Of a stretch of DNA of 64,000 nucleotides, positions 24,329 to 33,191 are shown one piece after another. Both the position numbers and the translations under genes were made by a program. The DNA is from Camelus dromedarius (Eukaryota): positions 8,122,001-8,186,000 of the forward strand of contig NC_087464.1 of assembly GCF_036321535.1 (NCBI RefSeq). The letters run 5' to 3'. Position 1 is the first letter of the stretch; each line of letters begins with the position of its first letter. Below the pieces are notes generated by a model, which made no database searches, was not told the DNA's origin, and saw nothing but the letters and a program-made list of their open reading frames with translations.

Positions 24329-25550
24329 CCACAACACAGCAACTATTTTTTTTTTTTTATCACAAGGTGAGTTCTTAAAATAAGACAAGGAGGTGGTGGG
24401 GAGGGGAGAATATCTAGGCGCAACATATGTAGAAACAGAACAGCGTGTGCAGAGAAACTTGAATCAGGTTGTGTTTTTTTTTTTTTTTTTTTTTTACTTC
24501 CCAATCCTTTTCTTTTAAGCGGCATTTGTACAACCCCTGCCTGAAACAGAAAACCCCTTTAATTAGCTCCTGCGAATGTGTCTCTTTAGTGCCACCTGTT
24601 GTTCAGGAAAATATTAGGGCTCAGATGGGGCCCTGGGAGTTGGCTGGAGCCCCTGAGGGGTCTCCGTTCTGCATAGTCATCCGAAAAGTGGAGCTCTTTG
24701 AGACACCGCTTCTGGAAAGGACGCAAGCTGCCCTCGGCCGGAGCTGGCTGAGAGACCTGAAAAGTGGCATACTTTCTTGACACAGAGCCAGCTGCCCACT
24801 TCATGGCTAATCACTATTGATTTCGAATCTGAAACAACCATGCTTCTCATTTCAAAAGAAGCAAGGTAAAGTAGTTTAGAGGTGGAAATGGCCTCTGCAA
24901 ACGAGATTAAGGAAAAATCGAGCTGAGGGGAGAGATTCCAAGGTTAGGATTGTGTTTAACAGTATCTCAGCCTTCGGTATGTTAGTTACAAATAGGAGGG
25001 GGGAAAGTTGAATCTAATCATGGCCACAGGTCAAAGCCCCAGTCGTGGCAAGTTAACCCAAGTGGCTCACTGTATATGTTATATTTATTTTTGCTTCTCT
25101 TGGGTATAGTAAATGCTTCTGGTTTCGTTCCTTAAAGCCTCCGATAGGATTTATTTGGTTAACATCTGTTAAGATGAGGGTCTTACTCTTAATTGGTACC
25201 ATCTGGAAAGGAGGAGGAACACTCAGAAGGTCATCAGAAAGGACTGAAGGCTCAGGACCTTTGCATCTTGCAACAATATTAGTTTTTATTTGTTAAGCTA
25301 GTATCTCTCTCCATATATACACATAAATAGGTATATAAATACATATACACACTTGTTAATGTGGATGACTATGACTTTACAACCTAACAGTATAACTGGG
25401 ACATGAGAGTCGCATTATTTAAGGCAGCACTGTGTGTGCACGCGTGGGTGTTCATGTACAGGGACGCTGAGTATCTTCTTCCTGGGGATTTTTCCTTTTC
25501 GCAGCACCCGATTGCTTATTCCGACATCTTCCTCCCCCTCCTCTGGCTCT

Positions 25551-25597
25551 GTTTCCATGGCTGCGGCAGGCAGGCCCTCCCCGCTTGCGCTTGCGCA
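25551..25597. promoter_or_regulatory. Candidate promoter-like element: RFX X-box-like plus NRF1-like motifs
   Basis: GTTTCCATGGCTGC (25551-25564; X-box consensus GTTNCCATGGNAAC, 2 mismatches) and TGCGCTTGCGCA (25586-25597; NRF1-type), inside a CpG-retaining patch. Confidence 0.45.
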
Positions 25598-26004
25598 CTG
25601 AGGCCATCCTACCCTCCCAGCCACAATGCCGCAGGCTTCCTTGAGACGATTTAGTTTCTATGCTTTAGATCTCTCTTTGTGTCTTTTGAGAGCTCATTAG
25701 TAAGTATCATTTTGTGTGACTGACAAACAGAAAAGGACTACTGGCTTTAAACATAAAATCTAAGAAGAATGGAGTTGGGAACACAATGCACTTTCTTTTT
25801 CTCTTTACGTCGATTACAGCCTGGAGATGAATGGAAACCCAGACCTGTCACTGCTCAGCTCCCACCAAAACCTCTGCGGGAGGCAGAGATCTGAGTAAAT
25901 TCTTTGTATTACTTTCCAGATGCATCTTTGTTACGGCAGGGCTTCTTCTAACATTCTAATTTTATTCCGTTTCATCCTTGCCATCCTATTCTTGCTGGGA
26001 AGAT

Positions 26005-26050
26005 TGTGTGTGTGTGTGTGCGTGCGTGTGTGTGTGTGTGTGTGTGTGCG
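26005..26050. repeat. (TG)n/(CG) alternating purine-pyrimidine microsatellite, 46 bp
   Basis: Uninterrupted pyrimidine-purine alternation, including tgcgtgcg. Confidence 0.95.
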
Positions 26051-27277
26051 AGTTGGGGGTAAACTTTTAAGCACTGCCCTGGGGAAGTCTTTCCACAAGG
26101 ATGCCAGGGGGTCCCCCTGCTTCAGAGGGTCCTCTGCAGCTGCCTGTGCTTCTGTCACCACAAAACCCAGGGAACTCTGGCTGAAATGGGAAGTCACCTT
26201 CTGAACTCAAACTTCCTGTACTTTTCGGCAAAGGGAGTCAGATAATTCTACAGCAACGCCATGGACCTGGACCCCGAGGCGACGACACAGCCCACTGGGT
26301 ACCTCCTTCCTCACACTGAGGTTGGTGTGTGGCTCCGATCTGTTTGGTAATGTTTTTCCAGCCTTCAATTTTCTTCTCTTTATTTGATGGGCACACGTGT
26401 CTTGGAACATTTCATCTCTTGACATATATACATTCTCATATTCATACATCTGATTCAGACTCTATATGCTTATAGGGTCAAGTTATTCCATTCTCCAGTG
26501 GGCCAATTGGTGAATGAATTTGACACCTCTGGAAGCTTTGAACCATCTGAGGTCCAGTACTATGACATTTTTTTTAAGATTGCTTTCAGGAGGTAAAATC
26601 TGTGTAGGAGTTAAGGCATTTTCTCGCCATCTGGAAGCAGCACTCCAGCCATCCACGCGTCCCAGTTCAGCGGAAGGCTTCCCAGACGGGGAGCTTAGGA
26701 GCCAGGAGGTGCACACCTGGATTTGCTTCATAGGTGCGTGGTTGCTGTTGAGCGAATGGGGCTCCATGCCTGGGAGGATGCTATGCAGACCCTGGGCACA
26801 GGGTTACTGCAGTCATGGGGAGAGCAAAGGAGGGTTCCAGACCCACAGAATGTAGGCATCTTCTGAGAGCCCAGTGATAGCATTTCTAAAGGGAAGCTGG
26901 ACTTTCCTAACACAAGATACTTGCGTTTCTTGTAAGAATGCATTTTTATAGACACACGGAACTCCAGAACAATGTAGAGTTATTGAGATGTGTCCTCAGA
27001 ATGCACAAATTGAAGAAGGTAGGGCTTAAACATTTTTTAAAAATATATATTTTAGCCTAAAAAGGTCGAGAAATCATTAATAAATTATTGACTTGCTTCT
27101 TAAGATGGTGCTGCTTCTAATTTCTTTTCCAAATTTATTTATTTTCAATTGTGGTTTTTTTTCAGTGTTAGTGGTGGTACCACCATATAAGAGCTTGAAC
27201 TTCAAAAATATAGCATAAGAAAAAATTTAAATTTATGACTGTTTATTTAAAAATAACTCAAAATGTTCACTAAAATT

Positions 27278-27514
27278 ATGTGCTGTCCAGCTGAGAAGTC
27301 TTTGTTCATCTATTTTATATATAGTAGCTTGTATCTGCTAATTTCAAACTCCTAATTTAGCCCTTCTTCCCTCTTTCCCCTTTGGTAACCGTAAGTCTGT
27401 TTTCTATGTCTGTGTGAGTCAGTTTCTGTTTTGTAAATAAGTTCATTTGTGTCATTTTTTAAAAGTCCACAGATAAGTGATATCATATAATTCTTTGACT
27501 TACTTCACTTAGTA
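27278..27514 (-). mobile_element. Cetartiodactyl-type L1 3' UTR, antisense, running into a gap
   Basis: 'atctattttatatatagtagcttgtatctgctaatttcaaactcc...tttcccctttggtaaccgtaagtctgttttctatgtctgtg...agtttctgttttgtaaataagttcatttgtgtc'. Confidence 0.85.
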
Positions 27515-27733
27515 NNNNNNNNNNNNNNNNNNNNNNNNNNNNNNNNNNNNNNNNNNNNNNNNNNNNNNNNNNNNNNNNNNNNNNNNNNNNNNNNNNNNNN
27601 NNNNNNNNNNNNNNNNNNNNNNNNNNNNNNNNNNNNNNNNNNNNNNNNNNNNNNNNNNNNNNNNNNNNNNNNNNNNNNNNNNNNNNNNNNNNNNNNNNNN
27701 NNNNNNNNNNNNNNNNNNNNNNNNNNNNNNNNN
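27515..27733. other. Assembly gap (219 N)
   Basis: Run of N next to an L1. Confidence 1.
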
Positions 27734-29334
27734 TTTCAAATTAGTTTTCTTTCAAGGACTAGTTTTAGCATATGCTCTTTGGAATGCCTTCCTGGAAATT
27801 CTCAGCAGAAAGCAGGCTCCATACTGAGTTCCCATGACACTTTGTCCCTATAGGATGGGCCTGGAGTACAGGGAGATTAAGTGGGGCACAAAGAACTATG
27901 TCCATCACTTGGAAGGTGTTGATGCCCACACTTATTAGCAAAAACCAGGCCCTATGCCCAGCACCAGCCGGACACAGCACTGGTTACCATGTAGTCCCTC
28001 TCCTGGAGGTGTTCCCTGTCTCCTTATGAAGACATGACATGCTCATATAAAAGACACCTGACAGGGATCGTTCCTTCCTTAGTGAACGTGATGTTAGCAG
28101 ACTGTATAATTCTCGTCTGTGGTACCAGAATTGTATTACCAGAGTCTTCAAGTTTGACCAGATGTAACTGAGTACGTACTGTGCCCCTTGCACTATAGGG
28201 AATACAGGTCTTCAAGCAGTTTGCAATGGACAGGATCGCAAAGGTGTTGAATGAAACCCTTTACTTCCCAGCCTGGTGTTGGGATCATTTATGGCCCATA
28301 AGAGGTGCTACTCCTGCTTTTGGATGAATGAATTCGTATTTTGAAATCCTGTAGAGAGAGTCATCATATTTTTACTCCTTTTCTGCATAAATGATATTTT
28401 CTAGCATCTAACAGTGGAATAAAACCACAGCTTCATTTACCTGAAGCCCCTGGTTAACTGAAGGTTTCAGTGCTGGACTGTTAATAATTCCCCTTAGAAG
28501 AAGTTAGGTGGGAGTGGCAGTCGGGGCATAAGGCAGAATGAGCCTCTTCATCAAAACAGGTGACTTCTGTAGCCTTGATGGGCAGAGTTTTGTGTTGTCT
28601 CTTGACCGTCTGCATTTTATAGTGGAACCCCCTTTACAGATGACCCATGACAGGCTCACTGACAATTGTCAGCCCTCTGTTGGGCGGTCTAAAAATGCAC
28701 CCACAGCCATTTTGCTGGTGACTGATGAAATGACATTCCAGCCCCCCACCCCGAGAACAGTCCCCTCCTCCCACCCCTGCTAGTTTTAAAGATCTATGTA
28801 TTCAAGATCCACTGCACAAAAAATTATTACAGTCCCCAAGCTCTCGATCATCATGGGTACACCAATTAGTTGCTCAACCTAAAGGGCAAATTCGGCTGAC
28901 TCCTCCTTCTCCCCATTGCAAACGTGTGCACGTTATTCGGGGGAGAAGCAATGGAAGGCAGGAGCAGGTCAGTCGGACTTTGATTTTCATAGAATGTCTT
29001 TTATCAACTCCTGTCAAAATGAATGACAAATTCTGATGATTGATGTTGCCGGGACAAAAGGATTCATTTAATTCAGTTTTGTTCTTGATTCAGAAGAACT
29101 TTATGGACTGCTTTCCCATGTGCTCAGCATTGGACAACGGGGAAGAGTCGGGGGGCTTCCTCTGTGCTTCAGGCTTCCCGAGCCAGTGAGGATTAATTTA
29201 AGGTTGTTATACAAGAAAATCTGAACCACCACAATAGTGTCAGGCAGCACTTCTGGAGCTGTACTCCGTGCTGGGCCCTGGGCATGTCTGTCCGCACCAT
29301 CGCCTATTGTCCTCAAAGAGCTCTGAGAGAGATG

Positions 29335-29635
29335 CTATTCTTATCATTCCTGTTTTACAGATGAGGAGACAAGGCCCAGAGAAGTTGCTTCACTTGTCTC
29401 TGCTTGCACAGCGGTGAAGTGGTAGAGCCAGGATCTGAACCCGCGGTGATCAGCCTCCAGAACCAAGTTCAGGAGCCACACCGTGCTCCTGCTGCCTCTG
29501 CCAGTATTGGCCAGTCCTTAGCTGATTCCTCACACCTCTGCTGTGAAGGAGGAAGCCTTATCATCTCCATTTCAAAGCTGAGGAAAAGGATGTCCAGGGA
29601 GGTGCGTGACTGATCAAGGTCACACAGTCCATGGC
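29335..29635 (-). mobile_element. Two adjacent MIR fragments, antisense
   Basis: 'cctgttttacagatgaggagacaaggcccagagaagttg...agagccaggatctgaaccc' and 'ccatttcaaagctgaggaaaagg...gtgactgatcaaggtcacacag'. Confidence 0.75.
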
Positions 29636-29940
29636 GGGGCCCAGGTTTGCATTCTTCAGTTTCATTCTACAGTAACAGCTTGAATGCACTGTGCCCCCTG
29701 GCCCCTCCGTAACAATAAAAACCACCATTGTCCGGTAGCCCAGGCGAGGGGAAGCGGTGTGATTTGAACAGAGTGGACATGGTCTCCTCTTTCTCAGAAA
29801 TGCAGCCTCTTAGGGCTCTGCTGACCTGACCAGTAAAGCGGGCACCCCTGTGGTGGTCTGACCAGCCGGCAGGTGAATCTCAGTGTCCCTCACTTGCTGT
29901 AGCCCTCCCGAGACCTTGGGAAAGACCTTAGTGGTGGCGT

Positions 29941-29960
29941 GTATATATATATATATATGT
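29941..29960. repeat. (TA)n microsatellite
   Basis: gtatatatatatatatatgt. Confidence 0.9.
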
Positions 29961-30063
29961 ATTTTTTTTTGGTAAAATATGGAAAAGCAAATAGATTCTG
30001 TAAAACGTGAAAAAGAATTTTGTATTCTTTGTCTTCAAGAGCCCCAACCCCCAGTTGTATAAA

Positions 30064-30245
30064 CTAGTCATTCTCAAAGTGGGGACCGCCAACGATCACA
30101 TCACATCTAAGGGAGCTCCTAAGAAGTGCGCATTCTCAGCCCCACCCCTGATCTACTTGAATCAGAAGCTCTGGGAAGGGCCCAGGCTTTGTTGTCTTAC
30201 CAAAAGCCCCCAGGGAGATTGGGCAGCAAACCTGAGCATCAGCAC
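30064..30245. mobile_element. MER5A hAT-Charlie MITE
   Basis: 'agtcattctcaaagtgggg...gcattctcagccccacccctgatctacttgaatcagaagctctgggaagggcccagg'. Confidence 0.8.
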
Positions 30246-30935
30246 CTTCCTGGCGAGATTCCTTCCACAGCCCTGCAGCTGATTTATACTATTTACTTTA
30301 TATTCTCTTTCTTAAAGGGCACCCCAAATTGTATAAGCCCCAGGACCTCCTCCTGGATCTGCCCCATCACAGCTTTTAAGTGTGGTCCTTTCCCTAGCAC
30401 TGAGGTGGGGCTAGTGTCTGTCTGGGCAGCATTGTGTTTCACACAAATTTTACGATATTTCCAAAATGTTTGAACTCAACAGGAAACAACACGATGATAT
30501 GGTTTGTCCAGAGAGAAAGATTTGTCTATGCAGCGGGGAATGTCAGCTCCCAGGCTCAGCTTGCCTGTTGCAGTGTAGCCTGATTGCCCCAGGCACCCAG
30601 GCAGGCTGCAGCCTGACACCCTTTGAAGTTTAAAGAAGCCAAGAAACCATAAGCAGAACAAAACGACAACCTACAGAATGGGAGAAAATATTTGCAAATG
30701 ATGTGACTGACAAAGGTTTAATTTCCAGAATATAAAAACAGCTCTTACAACTTAATAACAAAAAAAAAACCCCAATCCAAAAATGGGCAGAAGACATAAA
30801 CAACTGATGCTCCTGAAGACATACAAATGGCCAATAGGCACACGAAAAAATGCGCAATATTGCTAATTATCAGAGAAATGCAAACCAAAACTTTATGAGG
30901 TATGACCTCACATAAGTCAAAATGGCCATCATTAA

Positions 30936-31115
30936 NNNNNNNNNNNNNNNNNNNNNNNNNNNNNNNNNNNNNNNNNNNNNNNNNNNNNNNNNNNNNNNNN
31001 NNNNNNNNNNNNNNNNNNNNNNNNNNNNNNNNNNNNNNNNNNNNNNNNNNNNNNNNNNNNNNNNNNNNNNNNNNNNNNNNNNNNNNNNNNNNNNNNNNNN
31101 NNNNNNNNNNNNNNN
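30936..31115. other. Assembly gap (180 N) inside the L1
   Basis: Run of N. The flanks are collinear L1 ORF2, and the gap size is about the length of the L1 sequence expected between them. Confidence 1.
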
Positions 31116-31236
31116 AACTCTAATTCGAAAATATACATGCATCCCAATGTGCATAGCAGCACTATTTACAATAGCCAAGACATGGAAACAACCTAAATGT
31201 CCATCAACAGATGACTGGATAAAGAAGTTGTGGTAT

Positions 31237-31279
31237 ACATTGTAAAATGATTATAAATCAATAAAAAATGTCAAAAAAA
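31237..31279 (+). mobile_element. 43-nt extreme 3' tail of a second L1, nested in the first, with a 16-bp TSD
   Basis: AAAGAAGTTGTGGTAT at 31221-31236 and 31280-31295 flanks 'acattgtaaaatgattataaatcaataaaaaatgtcaaaaaaa', an L1-type terminus with AATAAA and an A-tail. Confidence 0.85.
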
Positions 31280-32804
31280 AAAAGAAGTTGTGGTATGTTT
31301 ATACAACAGAATACTACTCAGCTGTAAAAAAGAATAAAACAATGCCATTTGCAGTGACATGGGTGGGCCTGGAGATCATCATTCTAAGTGAAGTAAGCCA
31401 GAAAGAGAAAGAAAAATACCATATGATATCACTCATATGTGGAACCAAAAAAAAAAAAAAAAAAAGAAAAAAGAAAAAAGACACGAATGAACACATCTAC
31501 AAAATAGAAACAGGCTCGCAGACATGGTAAACAATCTTAGGGTTACCAGGGGAAAGAGGGTGGGAAGGGATAAATTTGGGAGTTTGAGATTTGCAAATGT
31601 TAGCCACTATATATAAAGTAGATTAAAAAACAAATTTCTTCTGTATAGCACAGGGAACTATATTCAATATCTTGTAATACCTTTAATGAAAAAGGATATG
31701 AAAATGAATATATGTATATATATGCATGACTGGGACATCGTGCTGTACACTAGAAATTCACACACGGTAACTGGATATACTTCAGTTAAAAAAAAAAACA
31801 AAAGCCCCAAAACAGGGCTTCTGGGAGCTTTGTAATGTCAGCATCTGTCTGTCGGGGATAAAAAGCAGGCAGCGTGAGAGCAGAGACCTTCTTACCTCCA
31901 CCACGATGCCCAGGCCTCCAGCTGAAGGGCTCTGCCTGGCTCTGCTCTGGAGCAGCTCCTGCAGGTGCTACCCCCTCCATGAAAAGCAGGAGCAGGGATG
32001 GCAGAATTGTCCAGCCGTGTTCCCGCTGCATCCTTACAGGGCCTTTCTCCTTACACAGATGAGGTCCGGAGATCCAGAAAGAGAGGTTTAGAGGAAAGAG
32101 AGAGGTTTACGGACAGAAGAGGTGATGGTGACACAGGCACAAACAAAAGCCGCCCACTCCATGGGTCTCCTCACTCTGTTTTGCTGCCCCTTGGTTAGTT
32201 CTCAGCACCAGCACTTTTTAATTTGTTCTTAAGGAGCCATTGATTCAGAGCTGTGTGTCAAGAGTTACCTGCAAGAATGTTCAGTGCACTATTTCTTTTT
32301 TTTTTTTTAGCAGAGTGAAAAGTAAGAAATACCATGAGGAACCCAAATTAGCAGAGAACTGCCTGCATTACAGGGATCCTTGACATGGGTCATCACTAAG
32401 ATAATCTAGTGATTAAAGTGATGATAGGAAAAACTGCTAAATGACAAGGCAGAGAATGTTCATGATCGTTGGTTTTCAGCTGGTTTAGAAAAGAGTTTGC
32501 AAATTCTGATGCCCAGATCAATCTTATTTTTGTACATTTTGTATATAGAAAGAACAGTGGAAGTGAATACTCCAAATATTAAGGGGGCTGTCTTATAAAC
32601 ATGCTGGGATAATTTAGTGATCATTTTCTTTGTGGTTTTTTTCTTTCTTCAAACATCGATAAGTTTTATTTGTTTAGTCATAGAGAAGAACTAGCAAATT
32701 TGATGGGAAGTACTGTCTGTTAGTGTAGCACGTGGTCATTTTAGTGTTGTCAGATTTAATGGAGACTTTTCAGTGCATATCCGCTAAGAAATTGAATATA
32801 CAAA

Positions 32805-33191
32805 CTGATAGTAGCCAGATCGTATATAAAAACAGAACTCTGACCACAACCCGCAGCAACCAGTCCAGGATGCCCCAAGCGGCCAGGATTTGATCAATTA
32901 CTGACATCTTCCTTAATTTATGCCTGTGCTTCTAATTTACAGCCAATCAGAAAAAGCCAAATATGTTCCCCTAACCAATCACATAGGACGCCTCCCTTCT
33001 AGACATCCAACTTCCCCATCAGCTTCCTCCAATCAGGTTGCACCATTTTTTCCCACTGCCACACTTTCCCACTGCTCTGCCTGCCTTCCAGTCTCTGCCA
33101 AAGGCATGGGATGGTGACTGGCTACCTTGCGACAGCAAGCTCAGAGTAGATAGCTTTGGTTTGTTCTCATCTGGGTGATCTTTATTTCCAC
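32805..33191 (+). mobile_element. Solo ERV1 LTR (MER34/MER39-like)
   Basis: 'aaaacagaactctgaccacaacccgcagcaaccagtccagg...cagccaatcagaaaaagccaaatatgttcccctaaccaatcacatagga...ctctgccaaa...tgatctttatttccaca', ending in CA. Confidence 0.7.

Larger units (their letters stand above)
30640..31800 (+). mobile_element. 5'-truncated lineage-specific L1 (ORF2 C-terminus, 3' UTR, poly-A)
   Basis: 'gacaacctacagaatgggagaaaatatttgcaaatg', ORF-track fragment 'KYTCIPMCIAALFTIAKTWKQPKCPSTDDWIKKLW' (L1 ORF2 C-terminal Cys-rich region), 3' UTR 'gggaactatattcaatatcttgtaata' and A-tail at about 31788-31798. Confidence 0.95.

Noticed and set aside
26203-26256. TCR J-segment-like peptide LPVLFGKGSQIILQQ (FGxG motif)
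   Set aside because: There is no upstream recombination signal (nonamer/heptamer), no splice donor after it, and no other V/D/J/C segments in the window.
32418-32509. C/D-box snoRNA candidate (GTGATGA ... CTGA, 92 nt)
   Set aside because: It lacks a terminal stem and a recognisable antisense element.
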